From Ignicoccus islandicus DSM 13165 (GTDB taxonomy: Archaea > Thermoproteota > Thermoprotei_A > Sulfolobales > Ignicoccaceae): 32,000 bases of DNA. Positions 7,992 through 16,831 of this stretch are shown here, in pieces (within the stretch, counting starts at the first letter, position 1; each line of letters opens with the position of its first letter). The stretch lies in the NCBI RefSeq assembly GCF_001481685.1, contig NZ_CP006867.1:810001-842000 (forward strand), read 5' to 3'. The notes below the pieces were generated by a model, which was not told the origin of the DNA, did no database searches, and saw nothing but the letters and a program-made list of their open reading frames with translations. Position numbers and translations under genes: made by a program.

Positions 7992-9887
7992 TTGAATTAT
8001 AAGGATCTGGGTCTTAAAGTAGGTCTCGAATTACACCAACAATTGAAGACCGAGAGGAAACTGTTCTGCCACTGCAAACCGGAACTCGTTGAAGAAGACG
8101 AGGAAGATGTGTTCGAGAGGAGACTGAGACCCGTTAGGAGCGAATTGGGCGAAGTGGACATAGCGGCCCTTTTCGAGTGGAGGAAGGGAAGAACCTACGT
8201 CTACCACGCTCCCCGCTCTGCTTCTTGTTTAGTTGAAGCTGACGAGGAACCACCTCACGACGTGGACACTGATAGCATTGTAATTGCCCTAGCCATGGCT
8301 AGGGCCTTCGGCTCACACGTCGTAGACGAAGTACACGTTATGAGGAAGATGGTTATCGACGGATCCAATACCTCGGGCTTCCAGAGGACTATGCTAGTCG
8401 CCTTGGGCGGTAAGGTTAAGATAGGAGAGAAGGAGATAGGTATACAGACCATATGCGTAGAGGAGGACGCAGCTAGGAAAATAAAGGAGGAAGGAAGGTT
8501 CATACACTACAAATTGGATAGGCTTGGGATACCTCTAATAGAAATAGCTACAGCACCGGACATTGAGACCCCGCAAGAAGCTAAGACTGTAGCTTTGAGA
8601 ATAGGCCAAATGTTGAGGCTCACTGGGAGAGTGAAGAGGGGCCTTGGAACTATAAGGCAAGACTTGAACGTTTCGATAAAGGGAGGAGCCAAGACTGAAA
8701 TTAAGGGCGTTCAGAAACTCGAAATAATAGATAAAGTAATTGAGTACGAAGTGATGCGTCAATTGAGACTGCTTGAAATAAGGGATGAATTAATTAAGAG
8801 AGGTGTAACGAAGGAGGAAGTATTGTCTCAAAAGGAAAAGGACGTAACGCATATTGCGATGAGATCTCAAAGCAAGCTGGTTAGAAAGGCGTTAGATGGG
8901 GGAGCGGGAGCTTGGGCAATAAGGTTACCTAAGTTCGCTGGACTCCTAGGGAAGGAAGTTCAGCCCAACAGGAGGTTCGGAACAGAATTAGCTGATTACG
9001 CTAAGTTCTGGGCAGGCGTTGGCGGTATCATACACAGCGACGAGTTGCCGAAGTACGGGATAACTATTGAAGAAGTGAAAGCGATCAAGGAGGAGCTCGG
9101 CTGTTCCGAAGAGGACGCTTTCGTAATTGTCTTAGCGACCTCCGATCAAGCTAGACTGGCTCTAGAGGCCGTGAAGGAAAGAGCCGCTAAGGCAATAGAA
9201 GGCGTTCCCGAAGAGACGCGCGCAGCTAATCCAGATGGTACCACCCGATTCCTAAGACCTAGACCCGGTGCAGCTAGGATGTATCCCGAGACCGACGTAC
9301 CTCCCGTAACGATAACAGAGGAAATGTTAGCGAAAGCCGAGAAGCTAAAGCCTAAGAATCCAGTGGAACTTTTGATGGAGCTCACCTCAAAGTACGGCCT
9401 ATCCAAGGACATGGCCGAAAAGGCAATCTCTAGCGTTAGGTTCGATCTAACGTATAGGCTCATAAAGAAGTACCACGGCAAGCTCCCCTCTTCAATTATT
9501 GTGAGGACGGTCGTTGATACATTGAAGGAGCTAGAGAGGGAGGGAATAGAAACAGATAAAATAAGAGATGAGCAGATAGAGGAGGTATTGGATGAGGTCA
9601 GTAAAGGTACCATAGCTAAGGAAGTGATACCGGACGTCCTCAGGGAAGTGAGCAAGGGTAAGAGCGTTAAGGATGCTATAAAGGACTTAGGTCTTACGGA
9701 GAAGGTAGACGTGGAAGGAATAGTCAGGGAAGTCGTCCAGAGCTTGAGAGAGGAAATAATGAAGAGAGGTCCCGATAGGAGCTTCGGTCTCGTCATGGGT
9801 CGCGTAATGGAGAAAGTAAGAGGCAAGGTCGATGGTAAAGTAGTCGCTCAAGCGGTTAGGAAGGCATTGGAGGAACTCGGGAAATGA
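7992..9887 (+). CDS. gatE: Glutamyl-tRNA(Gln) amidotransferase subunit E
   Basis: The 631-aa ORF has the N-terminal LGLKVGLELHQQL motif and a GatB/GatE catalytic core, with the archaeal-specific insertion and a C-terminal YqeY-like tail. The start is TTG. Confidence 0.92.
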   Translation: MNYKDLGLKVGLELHQQLKTERKLFCHCKPELVEEDEEDVFERRLRPVRSELGEVDIAALFEWRKGRTYVYHAPRSASCLVEADEEPPHDVDTDSIVIALAMARAFGSHVVDEVHVMRKMVIDGSNTSGFQRTMLVALGGKVKIGEKEIGIQTICVEEDAARKIKEEGRFIHYKLDRLGIPLIEIATAPDIETPQEAKTVALRIGQMLRLTGRVKRGLGTIRQDLNVSIKGGAKTEIKGVQKLEIIDKVIEYEVMRQLRLLEIRDELIKRGVTKEEVLSQKEKDVTHIAMRSQSKLVRKALDGGAGAWAIRLPKFAGLLGKEVQPNRRFGTELADYAKFWAGVGGIIHSDELPKYGITIEEVKAIKEELGCSEEDAFVIVLATSDQARLALEAVKERAAKAIEGVPEETRAANPDGTTRFLRPRPGAARMYPETDVPPVTITEEMLAKAEKLKPKNPVELLMELTSKYGLSKDMAEKAISSVRFDLTYRLIKKYHGKLPSSIIVRTVVDTLKELEREGIETDKIRDEQIEEVLDEVSKGTIAKEVIPDVLREVSKGKSVKDAIKDLGLTEKVDVEGIVREVVQSLREEIMKRGPDRSFGLVMGRVMEKVRGKVDGKVVAQAVRKALEELGK

Positions 9888-10072
9888 GCGCTGACCCATT
9901 GAGGGTCACTGTGGCCGCTATCCTAATGCTTATTGCAATAGGTATATTGTTTCAAACGGCTACATTCGTCTCATCTATTATAGGCCTTAAGGGCGTGGCT
10001 AAGTGGATATTGATTTTGGTTGACGTCCTAACTTGCCTCGTTATGGCCTTCTGGGTTCTGAACGTTTACTAA
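9884..10072 (+). CDS. Small two-TM membrane protein (hypothetical)
   Basis: The 62-aa ORF has two clear hydrophobic helices. Its ATG overlaps the gatE stop (ATGA). Its 3' end overlaps the convergent carB 3' end by 32 nt. Confidence 0.4.
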   Translation: MSADPLRVTVAAILMLIAIGILFQTATFVSSIIGLKGVAKWILILVDVLTCLVMAFWVLNVY

Positions 10073-13000
10073 AGAGGGTTTCCGAGTACTCCAAGACCTC
10101 AACGCTCTCTATATCCCTCACGGTCTTCATTGCTTTAGCTATCTCCATGCCGAGCGATGAATTGAGAATTAATGGAACGTTTAGGTCTACGGCGGATCTC
10201 CTAATTTCGTAATCTAAGTTCTTATTAGAACCACTTGTTACTACGAGACCGATTTCATTGCTTTGCATTAATCTGAGTATCTCGCTTTTGCTTAGGGCAG
10301 TGAACCCCTCTAAAGGCGCTCTATCGTAGGTTATTACTTCATAGCCCAATTCATCGAAGATCTTGGCGGCTTGTATCGCGTGTTCGAGGTCCCTCTTGAA
10401 GTAATTCTCTAAAGTATAGACTAATACTTTGGAGTTGGGCTTCGGTAGCTTATTTGGAGTGGCTGAGAGCCACGAAAGCAGCAACGCCTTCTCATAGGTT
10501 TGATGGAAAGCGGCCACTTCACCCGTGCTCCTCATTTCAGGTCCTAGTTCCGGGTACGCACCCTTTATCTGGGTCCAACTGAACTGGGGCGACTTAACGC
10601 CCCACGCTCGAGCAGACGGCTCGATTACGCCTTCGGAACTCTCTATTCCCAGCGCGCCCCTCAACACTGCTCTAGCAGAATATTCCATTAAGTTAATTCC
10701 CCTGGCCTTGCTCGTAAAGGGCATGCTCCTGCTAGCTCTAAGGTTAAGTTCAATTACGTAAGGCTTGTTGTTATATATCAGGAACTGAAGGTTATAGGGT
10801 CCGATTATTTCAAGTTCGTTCACTAACGTGTATGCTATTTCCTTCATCTTAGATACTACGTCTAGGTTCAATAGAGGAGGTGTGACCATAGTGGAATCTC
10901 CGGAATGAACGCCAGCTGGTTCTATGTGACTCAAAGGTATTGCTATGGTGTTCTTAGAGTCACCGACTCCATCCAGTTCCGCCTCTATGGAATCTGCGAG
11001 GAACTTGGAAACCACTACTGGATATTCGGGAGAGACCTTACTAGATAGTTTCAGGAAATCCTCTAGTTGTTCCCAATTCCACACTACTTTCATGGCGTAG
11101 CCACTTATCACGTAACTTGGCCTCAAGATCACCGGAAAGCCTACTTCTTCCACGAACCTCTTCACTTCCTCAATGCTGCTCGCGCTAATCCATGGCGGTT
11201 GAGGAATGCCCAGCTTGTCCAAGAGCTCGCTGAACTTGTTCCTGTCCTCGGCAATGTCTACGCTAGTTCCGCTGGTTCCCAGTAACGGTATTCCTAAGTC
11301 TTGTAGCTTTTTGTAAAGTTTGTTAGTGAGTTGGCCGCCGGCGAAGGCGGCGACCCCCCACGGCCTTTCCTTCTTCACTATCTTGTAAACGCTCTCTACA
11401 GATATTTCGTCGAAGTACAATTTTTCGTTTTCGTCCCAATCGGTCGAGACCGTCTCGGGATTGTAGTTCACTACAATTACCTCTTCGGAACCCATCTCCT
11501 TTAAGCTCTTAGCCAAGTTTACTACAGCCCAGTCGAATTCCACTGAAACTCCTATCCTGAACACGCCAGCGCCGAGCACTACTGTCTTCAGCCTCTTATT
11601 CTCGAAACTCACATCGTCTTCCATGCCATCGTACGTTAAATATAGGTAATTCGTTATCGCAGGCCACTCAGCGGCTAAGGTGTCTATCCTCTTAACCCAT
11701 GGTAAGGCACCGTTCCTTACGTCTACTCCTAATTTATTATCAGAGAAACCTAGTTTCTTCAAGCGCTCGTAGTTCCGCTCTTTCTCTTCAGCCCTAACTA
11801 CTTCCTCGATCCAGTATAGGAAGTACTTATCTACTCCATAGGCCTCGTGAATTTCGTCTAAGGTTGCCCCTTCCTTTAGAGCCTTTACAGCGTAGAAAGG
11901 CCAGTAGGGCTCCCTCCTTCTGAGCTTCTCAAGGGCTTCCTCTTTACTGAGCTTCTCTATTTCTTCGCTTAAATCGGTCAATCCATCGCTTCCTATGTCT
12001 AACATTCTCAATGCCTTCTGGAAAGCTTCAGCGACGTTTCTTCCAACTGCCATTACTTCACCTATGCTCTTCATTTCGCTATCGAGCGTCTTGATAGCGC
12101 CATCGAACTTCTCTAAGTCCCATCTCGGTACCTTTAGTACCACGTAGTCTAGGCTAGGTTCGAAACACGCGCACGTGACTCCGGTTACTTTGTTTAATAT
12201 TTCCCAGAGCTCGTATCCCAACGCTAACTTCGCTGCTATGTAGGCGAGCGGGTAACCAGTTGCCTTACTAGCTAGGGCACTGCTTCTACTCATCCTAGGG
12301 TTAGTTTCTATTACGTAATGAACCTCGCTCCTAGGATCGAGCGCTAATTGAACGTTACCCTCCCCTACGAGCTCTACGGCCTCAGCCACTCGAAAGGAAG
12401 TATCTCTCAGTAACTGATATTCTCTATTAGTTAGGGTTTGACAAGGCGCTATTACTATCGAATCGCCCGTATGGACGCCCATGGGATCCAAGTTCTCCAA
12501 GCAAGCTATTGCGGCCACGTTGCCTTTGCTATCTCTTACAACCTCGTATTCGATCTCCTTCCAATGATGGAGATATTTCTCTATTAATACTCTGCCTACC
12601 TCGCTCTGAGCTAGGGCCCTCTTCACCCATTTCCTTAGTTCCCCTTCATTCCATGCGATGAAACTGCCCTTTCCACCTAAGGTGAACGCTATTCTTACTA
12701 TAACTGGGTAACCTATTTCCTTAGCAGCTTCAATAGCTTCCTCAACTGAAGAAACGCCCTTACTAGGAGGCATTGGAATGCCCTTGCTATTCATGAGTTC
12801 TTTAAAGAGGGTCTTGTCCGTCGCATTTACTATGCCCCTAATCGGGGTACCCAGTACCTTTATCCCGTACTTTTGGAACACGCCTTTCTTCCATAACCTG
12901 ACTCCGAGCGTTAAGGCAGTCTGCCCACCGAATCCTATCATTACCCCATCTGGTCTCTCCTTTTCGATTACTTTCTCTAAGAACTCCTCAGTTAATGGGT

Positions 13001-13193
13001 AGAAGTATATCCTGTCTGCCAGTTTGTAAGTCGTTTGAACCGTTGCCACGTTTGGGTTAACTAGAACTGATTGGATGCCCTCTTCCTTTAGAGCCTTAAG
13101 CGCTTGACTGCCACTGTAATCGAACTCAGCGGCCTCACCTATTTTTATTGCTCCCGAACCTATGACGAGTACCTTCTTTAAGTCCACCTTCAC
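10041..13193 (-). CDS. carB: Carbamoyl-phosphate synthase large subunit
   Basis: Two ATP-grasp halves are present (VLVIGSGAIKIGEAAEFDYSG and VVLGAGVFRIGVSVEFDW) plus a C-terminal MGS-like domain. The ORF opens at ATG 13235. GTG at 13193-13191 gives the canonical short N-terminus and overlaps the carA stop as GTGA. Confidence 0.93.
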   Translation of the reverse strand: MKVDLKKVLVIGSGAIKIGEAAEFDYSGSQALKALKEEGIQSVLVNPNVATVQTTYKLADRIYFYPLTEEFLEKVIEKERPDGVMIGFGGQTALTLGVRLWKKGVFQKYGIKVLGTPIRGIVNATDKTLFKELMNSKGIPMPPSKGVSSVEEAIEAAKEIGYPVIVRIAFTLGGKGSFIAWNEGELRKWVKRALAQSEVGRVLIEKYLHHWKEIEYEVVRDSKGNVAAIACLENLDPMGVHTGDSIVIAPCQTLTNREYQLLRDTSFRVAEAVELVGEGNVQLALDPRSEVHYVIETNPRMSRSSALASKATGYPLAYIAAKLALGYELWEILNKVTGVTCACFEPSLDYVVLKVPRWDLEKFDGAIKTLDSEMKSIGEVMAVGRNVAEAFQKALRMLDIGSDGLTDLSEEIEKLSKEEALEKLRRREPYWPFYAVKALKEGATLDEIHEAYGVDKYFLYWIEEVVRAEEKERNYERLKKLGFSDNKLGVDVRNGALPWVKRIDTLAAEWPAITNYLYLTYDGMEDDVSFENKRLKTVVLGAGVFRIGVSVEFDWAVVNLAKSLKEMGSEEVIVVNYNPETVSTDWDENEKLYFDEISVESVYKIVKKERPWGVAAFAGGQLTNKLYKKLQDLGIPLLGTSGTSVDIAEDRNKFSELLDKLGIPQPPWISASSIEEVKRFVEEVGFPVILRPSYVISGYAMKVVWNWEQLEDFLKLSSKVSPEYPVVVSKFLADSIEAELDGVGDSKNTIAIPLSHIEPAGVHSGDSTMVTPPLLNLDVVSKMKEIAYTLVNELEIIGPYNLQFLIYNNKPYVIELNLRASRSMPFTSKARGINLMEYSARAVLRGALGIESSEGVIEPSARAWGVKSPQFSWTQIKGAYPELGPEMRSTGEVAAFHQTYEKALLLSWLSATPNKLPKPNSKVLVYTLENYFKRDLEHAIQAAKIFDELGYEVITYDRAPLEGFTALSKSEILRLMQSNEIGLVVTSGSNKNLDYEIRRSAVDLNVPLILNSSLGMEIAKAMKTVRDIESVEVLEYSETLFSKRSEPRRP

Positions 13194-14314
13194 TCCACCA
13201 TCCCTACGTTTTTCGCGAACAAATCGAAGATCCATCTCGTATCATGAGGCCCCGGGGAAGACTCGGGGTGGAACTGAACGCTCAGTATCTTGCGATCCTT
13301 GCTCCTAACCCCCTCTAACGTACCGTCGTCGGGGTTGAAGAACCAAGGTTCGAGCTTGGTCCTGTTTAAAGTTTTGGGATCAACGGCGAACCCGTGATTC
13401 TCGCTTACAATGAAACACTTCTCGCCGTCCTTAACAGGCTTGTTAACTCCTCTGTGTCCGTACTTCATTTTGTAAATCTTCGATCCGAAGTACATGTTCA
13501 GTAACTGGTGACCTAGGCAAATTGCTAGTATTGGGAGTCCGTACTCTATTACGGCCTCGATCTTCTTCTCGAATCCGTATTTCTCGTAGATCAGCGTAGG
13601 ATTCCCCGGTCCGTTTCCGAAGACCACCCCGCTCGCTTGGCCGAGGAACTTATCCAAGTCCTCGTTACATGGGACCCTAGTTACCGTTAGACCCCTCTCG
13701 ACCAACTCCCTAATTATGCCGTACTTTATTCCGCAATCGATTACGATGACGTTCTTCCTTCCGTTCCCGTAGACGAGCTCTTTCTTAGGAACGACGCTCT
13801 CTACGAAGTCCCTCTGATCGTATCTAGGTACTTGCGCGAGCCTCTCCTTCGCTGCTTCCCTCTCTGTATCTGTTGTTATAGCTCCCATCATTACGCCGTT
13901 CTCTCTGAGCTTCTTAACTACCATTCTGGTATCGATTCCCCAAATCCCCACTTTTCCTTCCCTTTCGAACCACTTCTCCAAGCTTTCTACCGAGGCCCAG
14001 TGATTTGGCTTAGTTAACCACGATATAACGAAACCCTCTACCTTAATTCCATCGGACTCGTAATGAAGGGGTAAACCGGAGGGTTCGTGGATTATTTTAG
14101 GTGAAGGCACGCCGTAGTTACCTACCATCGGGTGGGTGAAAACTAATATTTGTCCCTTGTAGGAAGGGTCCGTTAGCGATTCAGGGTAGCCGTTCATTGT
14201 TGTAGTGAAGACTACCTCGCCAAAGGAAGTCTGGGGCTTTCCGAATAGACAGCCTTCCAGTTCGGTGCCATCCTCCAATATTAGGTAACCTTTCTCATAT
14301 TCTTCGCAGTCCAC
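13190..14314 (-). CDS. carA: Carbamoyl-phosphate synthase small (glutaminase) subunit
   Basis: It has the LILEDG N-terminal motif, the class I glutamine amidotransferase nucleophile context ICLGHQL, and the HPE triad motif (FHPESSPGPHD). The ORF opens at TTG 14389. GTG 14314 is preferred because an A/T box lies inside the longer ORF about 36 nt upstream. Confidence 0.9.
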   Translation of the reverse strand: MDCEEYEKGYLILEDGTELEGCLFGKPQTSFGEVVFTTTMNGYPESLTDPSYKGQILVFTHPMVGNYGVPSPKIIHEPSGLPLHYESDGIKVEGFVISWLTKPNHWASVESLEKWFEREGKVGIWGIDTRMVVKKLRENGVMMGAITTDTEREAAKERLAQVPRYDQRDFVESVVPKKELVYGNGRKNVIVIDCGIKYGIIRELVERGLTVTRVPCNEDLDKFLGQASGVVFGNGPGNPTLIYEKYGFEKKIEAVIEYGLPILAICLGHQLLNMYFGSKIYKMKYGHRGVNKPVKDGEKCFIVSENHGFAVDPKTLNRTKLEPWFFNPDDGTLEGVRSKDRKILSVQFHPESSPGPHDTRWIFDLFAKNVGMVE

Positions 14315-14344
14315 TAAAACCCACGTAAAGGATCCTTGAACAGT

Positions 14345-14356
14345 ATTTATAATTTT
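14345..14356 (-). promoter_or_regulatory. Candidate TATA box for carAB
   Basis: The minus-sense sequence AAAATTATAAAT lies about 36 nt upstream of GTG 14314. Confidence 0.35.
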
Positions 14357-14458
14357 TTGGAGAGTCTTTAATTTCCTTAGACGAAACAAGATGGGGTTCC
14401 CTAGTCTAAGTAGATTGAGAATGGGGAGACGAGAAGAGGTTGTTGAGAGGCGTTGTAA

Positions 14459-14532
14459 TGGGCCCGGGGGGATTCGAACCCCCGACCACCCGGTTATCAG
14501 CCGGGCGCTCTGCCGGGCTGAGCTACGGGCCC
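14459..14532 (-). tRNA. tRNA-Ile (anticodon GAU)
   Basis: I folded the cloverleaf by hand. The acceptor stem is GGGCCCG/CGGGCCC and the D stem GCTC/GAGC. The anticodon stem is CCCGG/CCGGG with loop CTGATAA. The T arm is GGGGG-TTCGAAT-CCCCC and the discriminator is A. There is no intron and no encoded CCA. Confidence 0.95.
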
Positions 14533-14557
14533 TCCGATGAACACTCGCATAAGCGAG

Positions 14558-14569
14558 TTTTTAAATTTT
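14558..14569. promoter_or_regulatory. Shared A/T box (TTTTTAAATTTT) between tRNA-Ile and the divergent ORF
   Basis: The box is centred about 31 nt upstream of the tRNA-Ile 5' end (14532) on the minus strand. It is about 28 nt upstream of ATG 14592 on the plus strand. Confidence 0.45.
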
Positions 14570-14591
14570 GAATAGCTACTTTTATACAGCG

Positions 14592-15077
14592 ATGACGTTC
14601 GCAGGGTTGGCTGATTTAGTGATGAAGAAGAGCCGATCCGAGCACTCCCTTAAGGTTATCTTAGAGAAATCGCGAAGCAAGAGCGGTAAGCACGCGTTCG
14701 TTAGACTCGCTGCAAGAGTTAACTTAGACACCAATGAGGTAATTGAAGTAATTCAACCCACTGGCTCGTCTCCGCCTAAAACTTACTCCGAGGGCATTTC
14801 GAAAGAGGTAAATTTGAAGTATGGGAACAAGGAGGCCCTAGTGATCGTGAGCATGGTAAAGGTGCCTCACCCGAACCCAAAGAGGCGCGTTAAGGGTACA
14901 GTGGAAGTTTACTCGAATGGCGAATTGGTCTATAAGGCCAAGTACGTGAAAGGTATATTAAGAGGATCGGCGGGAGACCCGAAGTACTTCCCGGCAGTAA
15001 AGGTCGTTTTTGAGAAATTGCAGATACCCGTGAAGAGGGAAAACCCTAATGCGCACGTCCCTGGTAGGGGGAATTGA
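14592..15077 (+). CDS. Hypothetical basic protein
   Basis: The ORF runs 14568-15077. The TTG at 14568 lies inside the A/T box, so ATG 14592 is the more plausible start. I recognise no family. Confidence 0.5.
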   Translation: MTFAGLADLVMKKSRSEHSLKVILEKSRSKSGKHAFVRLAARVNLDTNEVIEVIQPTGSSPPKTYSEGISKEVNLKYGNKEALVIVSMVKVPHPNPKRRVKGTVEVYSNGELVYKAKYVKGILRGSAGDPKYFPAVKVVFEKLQIPVKRENPNAHVPGRGN

Positions 15078-15858
15078 CGTCGGTACTAGGAGAATAAGAG
15101 CTGTAGCCTTCGATTGCAGCACTAGGAAAGTCTTAGCGCGCGAGGCTAAGGGGAAGGAAGAAGTACTCGAACTAATCCGTTTCTTGAAGGGTATAGGTGT
15201 TGAAAAGTTATGCGTTGCGGGGGGCCTTCAGTGGAGGGAGCTAAACGGCATTGAAATTTATAGAGATCCAGTTTCCCTTCTAGGATCGGAAAGAGATATT
15301 GGGACTCACGGGTTCAGGAAGCTCATATCAAGTTCTATTTTCAAAGAAGTAGTTATACTGCCTTCCGGAGGGGCTAGCGGCGAAGTACCGATATGGAACC
15401 TCTTCAACGCCGTTGATAGCGGCACTCCGGATAAGGTGGCTAAATGTAACTACTTGATTAACTCAGAGGGCCTCAGTGACTTTACTTTGATAGATGACGG
15501 TTGCTTCACCTCGATATTGAAGGTAAACGATAAAGCAATCACCTTCGTTCTCGGCTCCACTAGGGGGGTCCCCGGGCGATGCACTCCCGGATGCATCGAT
15601 TCGGAGATATTCATTGCCTTTAAGTGGCCTCAAAGGAAGAAGGACTTACTTGAATGCGGAGCTCCCCGAGAAGTGGTGGAAGGTTGGATAAGGTTCTTGA
15701 AACCAGTTCTGGGTGATACGATAATATATTCTAGCGAGCTAGACGAGTGGTCGGCCGCTATAGGTAGTGCCCTTTGGTGCTGCGGGACGAAACCTAAGAA
15801 CTTCTTCAGTGATACGCCGAGATACTTCTGTGATACTCTCAAGGCACTAATGCGCTGA
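15049..15858 (+). CDS. ASKHA-fold (actin/sugar kinase/Hsp70-like) ATPase-like protein, possibly DUF1464-type
   Basis: The N-terminal GGIDVGTRRIRAVAFD resembles the phosphate-1 motif and AVDSGTPDK resembles phosphate-2. The ORF overlaps the upstream ORF by 29 nt and convergent argF by 20 nt. Confidence 0.55.
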   Translation: MRTSLVGGIDVGTRRIRAVAFDCSTRKVLAREAKGKEEVLELIRFLKGIGVEKLCVAGGLQWRELNGIEIYRDPVSLLGSERDIGTHGFRKLISSSIFKEVVILPSGGASGEVPIWNLFNAVDSGTPDKVAKCNYLINSEGLSDFTLIDDGCFTSILKVNDKAITFVLGSTRGVPGRCTPGCIDSEIFIAFKWPQRKKDLLECGAPREVVEGWIRFLKPVLGDTIIYSSELDEWSAAIGSALWCCGTKPKNFFSDTPRYFCDTLKALMR

Positions 15859-16774
15859 GCACGGCCCTCTGAGCGTGCAACTTGTTTTCCGCTTGATCCC
15901 ATACTATACTAACATCGCTTTCAATTACTTCCTCCGTAACCTCCTCTCCCCTAACTGCAGGCAAGCAGTGCATGAAGAGGAAATCCTTACCGATGCATTT
16001 GGTTAGCTCCTTGTTAACTTGATACGGCGCTAAGTCCCTCTTCCTTTTATCGGCTTCGCTTTCGAATCCCATGCTAACCCAAACGTCCGTATATATGACG
16101 TCCGCTCCAGCCACGCCCTTGCAAGGATCGTAAACTATTTCCATGCTCCCTCCGCTCCTCCTGGCCCTTTCCATCGCCTCAAACAATACCTCATCCAATG
16201 GCTCGTATCCAGGTGCTGTAACGACCCTTACGTTCGCGCCTAAACTGGTGAGCGCCAAGATCAAGCTGTGGGCCACGTTATCTCTTCCGTCACCAATAAA
16301 GACCACCCTGACTCCTTCCACCTTACCCAGCTTCTCGTAGATAGTCATGGCATCAGCTAAGGCTTGAGTAGGGTGGAACTTATCGCTTAGAGCGTTCACG
16401 ACTACTCCATCGAAATATTTGGAAAGTTCGATTAGGGTTTCGTGCTTTAGGACCCTGGCAGCTATTGCGTCTACATACTGAGATAGAGCTCTAGCGGTGT
16501 CCTTAACGGGTTCACCCCTACCTAAATGGCTGTTCTCTTTTGAGATAAATATGGGATGCATACCCAATTGCTTGGCAGCTACTTCGAAAGCGACTCTAGT
16601 CCTCGTGCTAGGCTTTTCGAAGATTAACGCTAGGTATCTATTCTCTAAGTATCCCCAGTACCTCTTGCCTAAGAGGTATTCCTCTTTCATTGATAGAGAT
16701 AAACTTAGAAGGTACCTAATTTCCCATGGTTCGAAGTCCATTAGAGAAAGTAAGTTCCTTCCCTTTAGCTTCAT
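15839..16774 (-). CDS. argF: Ornithine carbamoyltransferase
   Basis: It has the STRTR carbamoyl-phosphate motif, HPTQ, DVWVSMG (ornithine-binding SMG loop) and HCLP. Confidence 0.9.
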   Translation of the reverse strand: MKLKGRNLLSLMDFEPWEIRYLLSLSLSMKEEYLLGKRYWGYLENRYLALIFEKPSTRTRVAFEVAAKQLGMHPIFISKENSHLGRGEPVKDTARALSQYVDAIAARVLKHETLIELSKYFDGVVVNALSDKFHPTQALADAMTIYEKLGKVEGVRVVFIGDGRDNVAHSLILALTSLGANVRVVTAPGYEPLDEVLFEAMERARRSGGSMEIVYDPCKGVAGADVIYTDVWVSMGFESEADKRKRDLAPYQVNKELTKCIGKDFLFMHCLPAVRGEEVTEEVIESDVSIVWDQAENKLHAQRAVLSALVP

Positions 16775-16831
16775 ATTTCCTTTCCAAGGTAAGTATAGAT
16801 TGTAAAAACTTAATGCGTTTCTATGGAAACG

